Shown: positions 49,658 to 59,707, counted from the first letter of the stretch. The stretch is 64,000 bases of DNA from Candidatus Peribacteria bacterium (GCA_943350395.1 CALRAD010000001.1:35860-99859), one strand, 5' to 3'. A program made the numbers and translations. The notes: generated by a model from the letters alone, not told the origin.

Positions 49658-50329
49658 ATGCCAGCGAAGAAAAAAATAACAGGCGATGATGTGCGAATCT
49701 CAAAGAAGCCGAAAACAAAAAAGCTTGCGAGAGCGGTGACTACCGCAAAGCGAAGTAGTGTAAGCAAGATCGTTCCGATGCGAGCAGAAAAAACAAAACG
49801 TGAATGGCATCTCGGGATGCATCTCCTCATCGCGGGTTCCGCGATCGGGCTGCTCATGCTCCTTGGCATTGTAGATCGGGTGACGTTTTCGACACTCCGG
49901 AGTGGCGCTTCGCAGTCTATGCCGCTCACGATCGGGCTCGAACACAAAAACCCTCTCACGCTCTCCCTCGTCATCGCACGCAAGAGCGAAATCGGATACG
50001 TGTCGATTCTGAGCGGCTCCGATGAGCAGATCCGCATCTCTGTTCCGTCGACATGGAAGCGAATAGAAGTGAGCGGCGCACCACTCTCTGCATTCATACA
50101 GGATATTCCCGTCATCGGATACACACGGTGGACACTGCCGCCCGGTGCCGGCATCAAGATGACTCTCGATAACGTGCCGACTGCTCTCTTTTTCGAGAGC
50201 CCATCGGAGTCCACCACAGAGATCGATCTGCAAACAATAGACCTGGACGGTTCCGTAGGAACAGAAAAACGCGTTATCCTCCTCAAAGATAAGGCACTTG
50301 CAAGGTTGTGGGGAAGTGAAGAAGAGTGA
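49658..50329 (+). CDS. Membrane-anchored hypothetical protein
   Basis: Basic N-terminus, one hydrophobic helix, beta-rich remainder. Confidence 0.65.
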   Translation: MPAKKKITGDDVRISKKPKTKKLARAVTTAKRSSVSKIVPMRAEKTKREWHLGMHLLIAGSAIGLLMLLGIVDRVTFSTLRSGASQSMPLTIGLEHKNPLTLSLVIARKSEIGYVSILSGSDEQIRISVPSTWKRIEVSGAPLSAFIQDIPVIGYTRWTLPPGAGIKMTLDNVPTALFFESPSESTTEIDLQTIDLDGSVGTEKRVILLKDKALARLWGSEEE

Positions 50330-50343
50330 ACTATACTCGGTGC

Positions 50344-51081
50344 ATGTTCATCCTCCCCATCCGCACCGATCTTCTTCGGGCAGGTTCCAATCTGACGTCC
50401 GAACTTCTGAGGAACGTCACACTGCAACCGGATGACATCGTCATCATTTCGTCGAAAGCGATAGCAACTGCCGAAGGAGCAGCAATGAAACTGCAAGACG
50501 CAATCCCCTCTGCGGAAGCAATAAAGTATGCAAAGCTCTGCAATCAAGATCCACGATTCACGGAATGCATACTTCGGGAAATGAAACGAATGAACGGAAT
50601 CGTCGCAAACGCAAGACCGTACGTGCTTCTCACTTCACTCAAGCCAAGCGGCATGCACAAAGGAAGAATTCTGTGTCCGAATGCAGGGCTTGACCTGTCA
50701 AATACGGACGCAGGTTCTGCAATCGGCTGGCCTCTTGACCCTGTCCGATCAGCACAAAAACTTCGAGAGTCTCTCGGGGTTCCTGTCATTATTTCCGACT
50801 CCTGCAGCAGACCGTCTCGTCTCGGTGTCACTGCATTCGCACTCGTATGCGCCGGGATCGATCCACTTCGAAGCGAAGTAGGCAATGCCGATCTCTTCGG
50901 AAAAAAAATGCTTGTGACGGTCGAGGCGATTGCCGATCAGCTTGCGACTGCAGCAAATGCCGTCATGGGTAATACGGCACAGTGCATTCCTGCAGCGATC
51001 ATCAGAAATCACGGAGTCCCGACATCGGACTTCTGCGGTTGGGTGGAGGGAATAGAGGAGGAAGAGGATATGTTCAGCTAA
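50344..51081 (+). CDS. CofE-family gamma-glutamyl ligase (FolC2-like)
   Basis: IISSKAIATAEG, PNAGLDLSN, VIISDS..R.G, DLFG, IADQLA..VMG. Confidence 0.85.
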   Translation: MFILPIRTDLLRAGSNLTSELLRNVTLQPDDIVIISSKAIATAEGAAMKLQDAIPSAEAIKYAKLCNQDPRFTECILREMKRMNGIVANARPYVLLTSLKPSGMHKGRILCPNAGLDLSNTDAGSAIGWPLDPVRSAQKLRESLGVPVIISDSCSRPSRLGVTAFALVCAGIDPLRSEVGNADLFGKKMLVTVEAIADQLATAANAVMGNTAQCIPAAIIRNHGVPTSDFCGWVEGIEEEEDMFS

Positions 51082-51172
51082 ATGTAGAATGTACAATGTA
51101 GAATGTAGAATTCTAAAGTATCTCCAAGATTTGTCTGCGCCATTCTTAATTCTACATTCTAAATTCTACATT
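51081..51172. repeat. Inverted blocks of heptamer tandem repeats
   Basis: (AATGTAG)x4, spacer, then (CATTCTA/AATTCTA)x4. Confidence 0.8.
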
Positions 51173-51179
51173 TTTTCGC

Positions 51180-51893
51180 ATGGTCACCCCGTTCTATTCC
51201 CTCACCTGTACAAAGAAAGAGCTAATTGCTCCAAACGTGTACGAACTGAGATTCGAAAAACCTGCGACGCTGCTCTTCAAACCCGGACAGTTTCTCCTGT
51301 TCAATGTGCCTCTGGTTGCAAATCCGGCAGACATCCAGCCGCGTGCCTGTTCGATCGCCTCGACTCCGGACGAACAAGATCTCCTCTTCGTCGTGAAACT
51401 GAAACAGGGCGGACGAATGAGTGAGTGGATCGAGAAGAGTCTCGCGGTCGGTTCGATCATCACGATGAAAGGTCCCTTCGGTCTCTTCCTCCTTCGACCG
51501 AACGACCACGACATTCTTTTTGCCGCAACGGGAGCCGGGATTGCACCATTCCGGTCGCAGATACTGCATTCACTGAATGCAGGAGAGACACGGACAATGC
51601 ATCTCTTCTTCGGAGTACGAAACATCGAGGATCTCTTCTGGCACAAAGAATTTGAATCACTTCAAGAACGCCACAATAATTTTCATCTGCATCTCTGTTT
51701 CAGTGGAGAGCACGCGAACGTATCAGGAGAAACAGGTCGAATACAAAAATTCTTGCCAAACTTCATCAAGAATACAGAAACCACGGATCTCTATGTCTGC
51801 GGTGCACCGGAGATGGTCGCGGATATCAAGAAGATGGGACTCGAAACGTTGGGTCTGCCGAAGCAGAATGTGCATGCAGAAGGATACATTTGA
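51180..51893 (+). CDS. Ferredoxin-NADP reductase-like FAD oxidoreductase
   Basis: FKPGQF, RACSIAS, GPFG, ATGAGIAPF, YVCG. Confidence 0.9.
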   Translation: MVTPFYSLTCTKKELIAPNVYELRFEKPATLLFKPGQFLLFNVPLVANPADIQPRACSIASTPDEQDLLFVVKLKQGGRMSEWIEKSLAVGSIITMKGPFGLFLLRPNDHDILFAATGAGIAPFRSQILHSLNAGETRTMHLFFGVRNIEDLFWHKEFESLQERHNNFHLHLCFSGEHANVSGETGRIQKFLPNFIKNTETTDLYVCGAPEMVADIKKMGLETLGLPKQNVHAEGYI

Positions 51894-52481
51894 TCAGAAC
51901 TTCATCTCTCCGCTTTCAATCATTTGAAGCGCTTTCGGGTACCACTCGCACTCGAGAGCCTGCACGCGCACCTTGAGCGTGTCATGCGTATCCCCTGGCA
52001 TTACTGAACACTTTTTTTGTACAAGTATTGTGCCTGTATCTACGCCTTCATCGATCAGGTGAATCGTCATCCCCGACTCTCTGTCTCCTGCCTCAAGCAC
52101 GAGATCATGTGCCTTCGCACCCGGGTACTTCGGAAGCAATGCCGGATGAACATTGATAATTCTATTTTTCCACGCACGAACAAACCACGGGGAGAGAATG
52201 AACATCCAACCCATACATGCGAGGAGTGGTTTTAAGTCAGGAGAACAAAGAGCTTGAATCGCAGCATTCAGTCGCTTGTCATACGCCTCTCGATCTTCGC
52301 CTTCTCTCTTCTCGATCACACTCACAGGGATCTTATATTTGTTTGCATGTTCAATACATCCTCGATCAGTTCTGTCCGTGATCAGCCCAAGACATTTCGC
52401 ATGAAGCGATCCGTCAGAAATTCTCTCCAAAACGGCTTTGAAGACGGTGCCTTTTGAAGAACTGAGGACGATGAAGTTCAT
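51894..52481 (-). CDS. purN: Phosphoribosylglycinamide formyltransferase
   Basis: INVHPALLPKYPG, GMTIHLIDEGVDTG. Confidence 0.92.
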   Translation of the reverse strand: MNFIVLSSSKGTVFKAVLERISDGSLHAKCLGLITDRTDRGCIEHANKYKIPVSVIEKREGEDREAYDKRLNAAIQALCSPDLKPLLACMGWMFILSPWFVRAWKNRIINVHPALLPKYPGAKAHDLVLEAGDRESGMTIHLIDEGVDTGTILVQKKCSVMPGDTHDTLKVRVQALECEWYPKALQMIESGEMKF

Positions 52482-52506
52482 AGGGAGAGGATAGCATATG
52501 AGCAGT

Positions 52507-52691
52507 CCTCATCCCCTAGCCCCTTCTCCGGTCCTCTCTCGGCCCTGCGGGGCCACTCTCTCCGCTGAGGCGGAGAAAGAAAGCGGATAAGTTTTTTCCT
52601 GGAGAAGGGGGAGCCCGTGCATTTCTCAATACATGACTTCCTCTCTCCAGTCGATGGAGAGAGGTGCCCCGCTCGGCGGGGAGGAGTGAGG
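52507..52691. repeat. Composite family A palindromic element with nested insertion
   Basis: CCTCATCCCCTAGCCCCTTCTCC..GGAGAAGGGGGAGCCC shared with the 5553 copy; extra hairpins in the loop. Confidence 0.85.
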
Positions 52692-52695
52692 ACCG

Positions 52696-53811
52696 TCAGA
52701 GAATCTTCAAAAATTCATCAAACAAATAATTTGCATCCTCCGGTCCAGGCGTTGCTTCCGGATGAAACTGCACGGAGAAAAACTTTCCCGACTCATGACG
52801 TATGCCTTCGATCGTTTCATCGTTGGCGTTTGTGAACCATGTCTGCCAACCAACAGGAAGCTTCGTGCCGTCAACGGCAAAGCCATGATTTTGGCTCGTG
52901 ATAATGCATTTCTTCGTCGGCTTGCCATTCTCCCACAGCAGACACGGCTGGTTCACACCTCGATGACCGTACTTCAACTTGTAGGTGTCACCGCCGATCG
53001 CAAGTGCTAGAAGCTGGTTCCCAAGACAAATGCCAAACGTCGGGATCCCCTTCCCCAGTGCCCACTTAATTTGCTCGATCGTCTTATCACACTTCTTCGG
53101 ATCGCCGGGACCATTGCTGATGAAGAGTCCGTCGTATTTCAACGTCGACGTTGCGAGATCGTAATCCCACGGAACTCGATGCACCGTCACTCCCCTCTTC
53201 AGCCACGAGCGAAGAATATTTCGTTTGATACCACAGTCGTAGGCGATGATGCTCTTGATCGATCCCATCGGAAAATCTTCATTCCTGGGCTCGTAGGTCA
53301 CGACATCTCGTGAACTTACTTCGGCAACGAGATTCTCCTCATTCGGATCTTCGATGAGCTTCGCTTTCAGCTCATTGGTAATGACGTCATCCTGCACAAT
53401 GCGCCCGAGCATCACGCCGGTCTCTCGAAGCTTCTTCGTGAGTGCTCTCGTATCGATCCCCGAAATCCCGGGAATTTTGTGATGCACCATCCACTCATGT
53501 AATGAACTCACCGCCGTGAAATGACTGTAATCCCTGCTCTCACTGCTGACGATAATCCCACGCACGTGAATATCCTCGCTCTCGTAATTCTTCGAAAAAC
53601 CATACTCGTTCTTCTCCTCACTCGGCACGCCGTAATTGCCGATCAAGGGATATGTAAACGTGAGAATCTGCCCACGGTAACTGGGATCCGTCATCGACTC
53701 TGGATAGCCAGCCATGCCCGTGTTGAACACAACCTCCCCGTCGCTGTCGACCGCTGCTCCAAACGACTGACCACGGAACACCGTGCCGTCTTTAAGAATC
53801 AGGGTCGCCAT
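52696..53811 (-). CDS. carA: Carbamoyl-phosphate synthase small subunit
   Basis: GEVVFNTGM..DPSY, SNGPGDP, GICLGNQ, QNHGFAV, QFHPE. Confidence 0.96.
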   Translation of the reverse strand: MATLILKDGTVFRGQSFGAAVDSDGEVVFNTGMAGYPESMTDPSYRGQILTFTYPLIGNYGVPSEEKNEYGFSKNYESEDIHVRGIIVSSESRDYSHFTAVSSLHEWMVHHKIPGISGIDTRALTKKLRETGVMLGRIVQDDVITNELKAKLIEDPNEENLVAEVSSRDVVTYEPRNEDFPMGSIKSIIAYDCGIKRNILRSWLKRGVTVHRVPWDYDLATSTLKYDGLFISNGPGDPKKCDKTIEQIKWALGKGIPTFGICLGNQLLALAIGGDTYKLKYGHRGVNQPCLLWENGKPTKKCIITSQNHGFAVDGTKLPVGWQTWFTNANDETIEGIRHESGKFFSVQFHPEATPGPEDANYLFDEFLKIL

Positions 53812-53842
53812 AGAAATCTGACGCATCCTATTGCACTCTGCT

Positions 53843-54088
53843 TCAAGCTGCAACCTTGTGTTCCAATCTGACGATCCGCCGACCGTGGTCATCCAAACGA
53901 TCTTGATGTTGCTGCACCTGATCCTTCTTGGCATCCAGCACATCAGCACGGAGATTCTCGATCAGAAATTCCGTGTGATCCATCATTCGTTTTTCGATTC
54001 CATGCACCTCTTCAAACACTTTACCCATCGTATCCATCAATAGAGCAATGTCCTTTTTTGTTGTCGAAGAAGCATCGTCTTTCTTCAT
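53843..54088 (-). CDS. Small coiled-coil hypothetical protein
   Basis: TTKKDIALLM..RLDDHGRRIVRLEHKV helical pattern; ATG 54088. Confidence 0.6.
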   Translation of the reverse strand: MKKDDASSTTKKDIALLMDTMGKVFEEVHGIEKRMMDHTEFLIENLRADVLDAKKDQVQQHQDRLDDHGRRIVRLEHKVAA

Positions 54089-54135
54089 AAGGAAGAGCCT
54101 ATCGCCAAGGTTCAAGAAATGCAAAGACTTTATCG

Positions 54136-54468
54136 TCAAAATTTCTTCGAAATCGCATCCAATTTTTCCTGATCCACCGCTGCCGACTCCTGCTCTTTCT
54201 CACGCAAAGACTGCGTCTTCGCAGTTCTGGTAAATCCCTTCACCCCCGACTTGAACGCAAGAAACGCTTCCTCAAATTTCTTGTAGGCGACTGCGTACCG
54301 CTTCATTCTAGCTTCATGCTCAGTTGGAGTTTCTGCTGCATATTTGATATCGAGCAGCGGAATAGACGCAAGCAAAAGATCGGGCTCGATCTCTGCCATG
54401 AGAGAGTCGTAGATCTGCTTACTGATCTCATCTTGCTGCTGAATTGAAGGGGGGAGCGGGGTGGGCAT
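54136..54468 (-). CDS. Hypothetical helical protein
   Basis: 110-aa ORF in a tightly packed operon. Confidence 0.7.
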   Translation of the reverse strand: MPTPLPPSIQQQDEISKQIYDSLMAEIEPDLLLASIPLLDIKYAAETPTEHEARMKRYAVAYKKFEEAFLAFKSGVKGFTRTAKTQSLREKEQESAAVDQEKLDAISKKF

Positions 54469-54479
54469 GGCAATAGAAA

Positions 54480-54842
54480 TTAGTGGTGACCTCCTCCGCT
54501 GGCACCGGCGGTTGCGAATAACGAGGAAGGCTTATTCAAGAGCTTGAAAATTGCAACTCTGAAAGTATCAATTGGCTGCACGATGGCTTTATCAATCCCC
54601 TGTGTAATCAAACCAATACCGTTATTCAAGCCTGCAATACCTGCCTCGGTTACACCGATAGGAAAATCAACTGCTGTTGCCGTCGTATGCTTCAGAAGAT
54701 CCCACGTTTTGCTGACTACTCCCGTTACATTATCGACAACCGTTTTCGATTCTGGAGAACGTCCGCTCCTCGGGCTGATGAAAGCATTGAAATTGCCCAT
54801 CAGTCCATCGGTTGCCGTTGAGGAAGTGTGAGCTGTGGACAT
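54480..54842 (-). CDS. Hypothetical protein with amphipathic helices
   Basis: 120-aa ORF ending GGGHH. Confidence 0.65.
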   Translation of the reverse strand: MSTAHTSSTATDGLMGNFNAFISPRSGRSPESKTVVDNVTGVVSKTWDLLKHTTATAVDFPIGVTEAGIAGLNNGIGLITQGIDKAIVQPIDTFRVAIFKLLNKPSSLFATAGASGGGHH

Positions 54843-54859
54843 AGAGAAAAATCTTACGA

Positions 54860-55672
54860 TTAGAGACCCGTCTTCGAGACAAGGAACTGAAGAAGCTTCA
54901 TGAGTCCTTCTGATACCTTAATTGACGTTCCAACAATTCCATTCGTATAGAAAGCACCTAAGCCAAGAACAGTCATTAAACCTACAGACTTGGGATGTGC
55001 TTTCAATGCATCGATATAATGAGACGGAAGTGACAAAATTCCAGAAATAAGTTTTTTTCCTCCACCGTAGACCTGCTCAAGAATGTTCTTAGTTTCACCG
55101 GGGGTCTCATGCAAGAGATCGTGAAGATGTTCATTGGTGAATTGCCCTACTCTGTGCAAAGTATTCACTGTTCCCTTTGCAACATTCAGCCCTGCAGTCA
55201 TTCCCAATTTCGGAAGATATGTTGCAGTTTCCCATACACTTCGCACGCCTTCCTTGGCAGCTCCTCCAACTGCACGCACACCTTTATCCAGGAGCGAGAA
55301 ACCGGGGATTTTCTTCAAGACTTTGTTCCAACCGAAATCCGCAACCTTCGCAGTGCCTGCAACAACGGTTGTCACAACAGGATTGACTACAAATGCTGTC
55401 GTGAGTGCTGCTTTTCCTAATGTACCTCCGGATGGGACATCTGGCAGCTTTGAATAGGATAAAAGTGGCTTATATTCGGTTACAATGCCATGAATCTCTG
55501 CATCGCCTCCCTTATGTATTTCATGACCGACCGCCGCATGTACTTTGTCGTGCGTATCTTTCGCTCCGCCTTCCACCTTGGCCTTCGCTTTGGCGTCGGT
55601 CTCGCCGGCGGCTTTGTGGCCATGTTCGGCGTGTGCCTTTGGTGCCTCTGGGGGTGCGGATGGGTGTGACAT
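54860..55672 (-). CDS. Hypothetical protein with His-rich N-terminus and C-terminal hydrophobic segment
   Basis: 270-aa ORF; VGLMTVLGLGAFY. Confidence 0.7.
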   Translation of the reverse strand: MSHPSAPPEAPKAHAEHGHKAAGETDAKAKAKVEGGAKDTHDKVHAAVGHEIHKGGDAEIHGIVTEYKPLLSYSKLPDVPSGGTLGKAALTTAFVVNPVVTTVVAGTAKVADFGWNKVLKKIPGFSLLDKGVRAVGGAAKEGVRSVWETATYLPKLGMTAGLNVAKGTVNTLHRVGQFTNEHLHDLLHETPGETKNILEQVYGGGKKLISGILSLPSHYIDALKAHPKSVGLMTVLGLGAFYTNGIVGTSIKVSEGLMKLLQFLVSKTGL

Positions 55673-55684
55673 AGAATTGCGAAA

Positions 55685-58600
55685 TTAATGCGCGGGATGC
55701 GCTCCATGATCGTCTTTTTTATCATCGTGTTTCTCGTCATGCTTATCCTCATGTTTCGGTGCAGCAACTTTTTTCTGAAGTGTATTTCCAAACCAACCGA
55801 TGACTCCCCCACCGGCATCTTTTATCCGACCGTAGAGATATCTGCCTCCTCCGTAGACAGCAGCACCTCCAAGAATGACAGGAGCAGAAATAATGCTGGT
55901 GATTGTGCTCACGACCGCTCCGGCTCCGACAAGATTGAGTCCTGCAGCAAGCAGAGCAACGACAGCAACAGGTTCGGTTGTCTTGACCGCAAGTTTTGCG
56001 ATTTCGGCAGCTGTAAATTTGGTACCGGAAAGTGCTGCATCTTTGGCCGCACCTTTGAACGTTGCACCGAACTTCGGACCGCTGTGACTCTTCGTATGCT
56101 CCCACTCCTTCCTTACCTTCTCGGCAAACGCTTCGCGAATGATTTCGAAAGCTTTCTTCAGTTGCTCGATTCTTGCTTCCTTTCCTTTATCGTACGCATC
56201 TTTCGATTCTGAAACTTCTTTCTTCATCGCAACGTAACGGGATGCAGCCTTGTACTTTTTCTCAGCATCCTCATACTCACTTTCCTTATCTGGATCACCG
56301 GTTTTATTTGCATCCGTCTTCGTCTTTTCCCATCGTTTCTTCGCATCCTCCGATTCTCTCTTGTAATCCTCAACGTCAAATTTATCAGGCTTAGAACCTG
56401 CAAGAAGATTGGCAATTTCAACATTTTTTTCATGTCCTTTCAGATGAGACATGTTTTTGAGTTTCTCCTGCGCTTGCTCGAACAAAATTTTATCCGCGTC
56501 ATCGTTCGTGCTCTCCCACTTTTGTTGTGCCGCTTCTTCATCCTGCTGAAGAACAGCAAAAGAATCGTCACTGAATCCGAATTGCACATCAAGGATATCC
56601 AACCTCTTCTGCTTGGCATCACGCTCTTCTTTGGCTTTTTTCTCCGTGTCAGTTTCTTGATTTTCATAATAATCGATTGCAAAAATATCTCTGGCAGATG
56701 ATGCCAATTTCACCGAAACCAAGGGCGGTGTTTTTATTTTGTCCAATTTTTCTTTTGCTTTTTTGGCTTTTGACTCCTGACCGTCTTCCCCTTGAATTTC
56801 GGATTTGATCTCGCTCAATTCGCGAAGAATTTCATCAGACTGCCTCTGGAAACGACCTGCAGCTCTCTTCGCTTTTGCATTCGTATCCTTTGAAACGGAA
56901 TCCGTGCGTGAACTCGTATCACTTTCGATACCCCTCTGTTCATCGAGAGACGAATCGACTTCATTCTTCCTACGTTCAAGGTCAGACAGCTTTCTTTTAA
57001 GTTCTACAAGTTTCTGCTTTTCTTCTTCAAAATCCCTTTCTGCTTTTTCAACATCCTCTTTCTTGGCAGCAGGCGGCGGAGGCAACTTAGCTCCGAGCAA
57101 ACTCTTCATCGCACTCTCCTGTAATCGAAGAGCCATCTCTTCCTGAGTGGCAATGCTCGTATCGTGAAGAACGTGTTCATCAAACTTCATGACTTTCATC
57201 CAATGCTTGTGATCATCGGTAAGATCTTCCGCGGCGATCTTTCGCCTGAAGACATCACCCATGAACAATGCCCTTGAATCGTCGGCATGCTCCGTGACAG
57301 CGGTAGTTACACGCAAGTGTCCGTGATCATCGAATTCGAGACCCTTGGGCTTCTTCGTACCGATATAGAATCTTCGTCCGGCTTCCCAAAGACCCGCAAT
57401 GACGAGCGGTGTTGGACCGAGAAGCGGTGTGAGAACTCCCGCAGAAGCGAGCGAAGTGCCTGTAAGCTGCGCTTGCCGCTTGCGAGCGTGCTCGTAAGCA
57501 AGAAGCTTGCCATATTCCTCGGATACCTCATGAAGCTTACGAAGCTTTTTAATTTTGTCAGCTGCTTCTGGATCTTCCTTGTCCTCCTTCTCGATATGAA
57601 AACTGCTGACCACCTCCGTTTCGCGCGGCTTCAAAGGACGATCCTCAGATTTCTTTTTTGCCAAGGCCGCAATCGTCGCATTGAATTTCACAAAACAATA
57701 TTTCGTATAGTTTTCCTCCGATCCAAGATACGGAACTTCGGCAGGACTGCAGTGTGCATACTCGGCCATCAGAGAAATCAATTCCTTCTCTTCAACCGTA
57801 TCGATCAGACTTTTCCCATGAACTGCGTGATGATGTTCAATTTTATGCCGCAAGTCTTTGACGGATGTTTTGTTTTCGTCAACCGCGGCTCCAAGATCCC
57901 AGAGCTCAGTGACGTATGCAGTATTCACTGCCAACTTATAGCGTTTATTATCAAGGTAATTTCTTCCTGCCAATGTGACCAGCGGCAATGCAGCCGGAAC
58001 GAGTGGAGCAGCAAGATTCGTGATGGCATTTCCACCGAAAGCGAGGGCTCCACTTAGTGAATGACCGAGAACGGCATCCGCTGCAAGGAATCCTCCTTCA
58101 GCCTCCGCGAAACCGACAACGCCTCCCAAAGCAGTACGTCCCAAACGATCCGCAGCAGGAACAATCGCTCCTTTCTCGCGACGCTTTCGATACCCGCCGA
58201 CAAGCGTTTTGTGCGGATGATCCGAAAAGAGTTCGTCTGCGGGTACTCCGAGCTTGCTGTTCAGTTCCAAAATCCGTTTTCCGACGGCTGCAGTTGTTTT
58301 CTTCGGATACCACGGCATGTTCTTCAGCCTCACTCCTGCAGCGAGACCGAATGCTTTCACTCCGCCTGGGATTGCCGCAAGCCTCTCACCCACATTCCAT
58401 CCCTTGCGTGCGTAAGCCCGAACTTCGGAGAAGATGGAAACTAAATCCGACATGATTTCATCCCACTTTGCTTTTTCGATCGGAAAATAACTGCTTGGCG
58501 GATAGTGCAAAAGCGTCATCATCACGCCAATTTCTTTCAACGTATTCGTCGAAGCTACAGGATAAGCCTTTTCACCCGCAAGAAAATTGAGATGCGCAAC

Positions 58601-59701
58601 AAAAAGATCACACACTTCCTTCGCCTTTGGATGCTTGGCCTCTTTTCCGTTGAGAGCAGACTTTAGTGATTTCCGAAAATCTGCATCATTAAAAAGCAGC
58701 ATTCCGCGAATTTTGTCAGCTGTCTCGCCTAATTCATAATGCTGTGCATCAAGCTTATCCTCAACAGTTTCTTCATAGTCGCCAACTTCAACTTCGTCAT
58801 CGGACGCAGGAGCTGCAGGAATTTCCGAATCGGAATTGGAGGATGTATCTATTCCCGCATCGGAATCAAAAGAAAAGTCTGCGGACGAGTCTGGTGCTGC
58901 AGGAAATTCTGAATCAGAATCGGGAGCAAGAGGAATGCTTGCATCTGATTCGGGAGGAAGCGTGATGCCTTCCTTCGAATCAGGAGGTGTTTCGATTTCA
59001 GCATCGGAATCTAGAAAAATCGTCTTTTCGCCATGCCCTGTGTCAATTTCTGCATCAGAATCAAAATCACTGGAATCATGTACATCAAACTTACGTTCTG
59101 CATCGCTGTCGTCCACAAGAGGCTCAAAATCATCATCTGCGAGAACTGGGGAAGGATTGGCATGCTGCCAAAGCTGACGCAACGCAAGAATCAAATCGTT
59201 TCGAAAATCCGTCGCAGCGGCAAGGTTGGGTGATTGCAAGGCGTTCAATCGCGATTGTGCTAAAAATTCATCAACCTCATGCAAATCATCAATCAAGACC
59301 AAGCTATCCGAGTCAGGTGAGATAAGATTCTCAAATCTGCTTACATATCTGCAAAGCAATTCAACGATCCTGATTGCGTCGTCATCCCAAAGGCTACGTG
59401 ATGCAAAAGACAATTTCAGCTGATCGCCGATCGCACCATCGTCATGAGCAAGCTCCCTTTTCACTTCGGACCAATCTCGACCGAATTCGTCGTGTAGCGC
59501 ACGAATTTTTTCAGCCGGCGATTCCGCGCTCTGCCGTGGGGCTGTTTCATCGTGAAAGTCTCGATAAATACGGCTTCGCTCATCATCCCTGACACCCTCG
59601 ACCCTGTCTTCCGCAGAATGATCGGATGATTCGGGCAACGATTCTCCACCTTCCTTCTTAGGAAGTTCATCGTCCGGCCGTTGTTTTTTTGGATCGTTCA
59701 T
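55685..59701 (-). CDS. Large hypothetical protein with acidic repeats, hydrophobic hairpins, coiled coil and His/Asp tail
   Basis: 1338-aa ORF; DSDAEI-like repeats; three Gly/Ala-rich hydrophobic clusters. Confidence 0.85.
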   Translation of the reverse strand: MNDPKKQRPDDELPKKEGGESLPESSDHSAEDRVEGVRDDERSRIYRDFHDETAPRQSAESPAEKIRALHDEFGRDWSEVKRELAHDDGAIGDQLKLSFASRSLWDDDAIRIVELLCRYVSRFENLISPDSDSLVLIDDLHEVDEFLAQSRLNALQSPNLAAATDFRNDLILALRQLWQHANPSPVLADDDFEPLVDDSDAERKFDVHDSSDFDSDAEIDTGHGEKTIFLDSDAEIETPPDSKEGITLPPESDASIPLAPDSDSEFPAAPDSSADFSFDSDAGIDTSSNSDSEIPAAPASDDEVEVGDYEETVEDKLDAQHYELGETADKIRGMLLFNDADFRKSLKSALNGKEAKHPKAKEVCDLFVAHLNFLAGEKAYPVASTNTLKEIGVMMTLLHYPPSSYFPIEKAKWDEIMSDLVSIFSEVRAYARKGWNVGERLAAIPGGVKAFGLAAGVRLKNMPWYPKKTTAAVGKRILELNSKLGVPADELFSDHPHKTLVGGYRKRREKGAIVPAADRLGRTALGGVVGFAEAEGGFLAADAVLGHSLSGALAFGGNAITNLAAPLVPAALPLVTLAGRNYLDNKRYKLAVNTAYVTELWDLGAAVDENKTSVKDLRHKIEHHHAVHGKSLIDTVEEKELISLMAEYAHCSPAEVPYLGSEENYTKYCFVKFNATIAALAKKKSEDRPLKPRETEVVSSFHIEKEDKEDPEAADKIKKLRKLHEVSEEYGKLLAYEHARKRQAQLTGTSLASAGVLTPLLGPTPLVIAGLWEAGRRFYIGTKKPKGLEFDDHGHLRVTTAVTEHADDSRALFMGDVFRRKIAAEDLTDDHKHWMKVMKFDEHVLHDTSIATQEEMALRLQESAMKSLLGAKLPPPPAAKKEDVEKAERDFEEEKQKLVELKRKLSDLERRKNEVDSSLDEQRGIESDTSSRTDSVSKDTNAKAKRAAGRFQRQSDEILRELSEIKSEIQGEDGQESKAKKAKEKLDKIKTPPLVSVKLASSARDIFAIDYYENQETDTEKKAKEERDAKQKRLDILDVQFGFSDDSFAVLQQDEEAAQQKWESTNDDADKILFEQAQEKLKNMSHLKGHEKNVEIANLLAGSKPDKFDVEDYKRESEDAKKRWEKTKTDANKTGDPDKESEYEDAEKKYKAASRYVAMKKEVSESKDAYDKGKEARIEQLKKAFEIIREAFAEKVRKEWEHTKSHSGPKFGATFKGAAKDAALSGTKFTAAEIAKLAVKTTEPVAVVALLAAGLNLVGAGAVVSTITSIISAPVILGGAAVYGGGRYLYGRIKDAGGGVIGWFGNTLQKKVAAPKHEDKHDEKHDDKKDDHGAHPAH

Positions 59702-59707
59702 ATTTTT

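Noticed and set aside
52696..53811. carA without adjacent carB
   Set aside because: Split carA/carB is not rare and carB may lie outside the window
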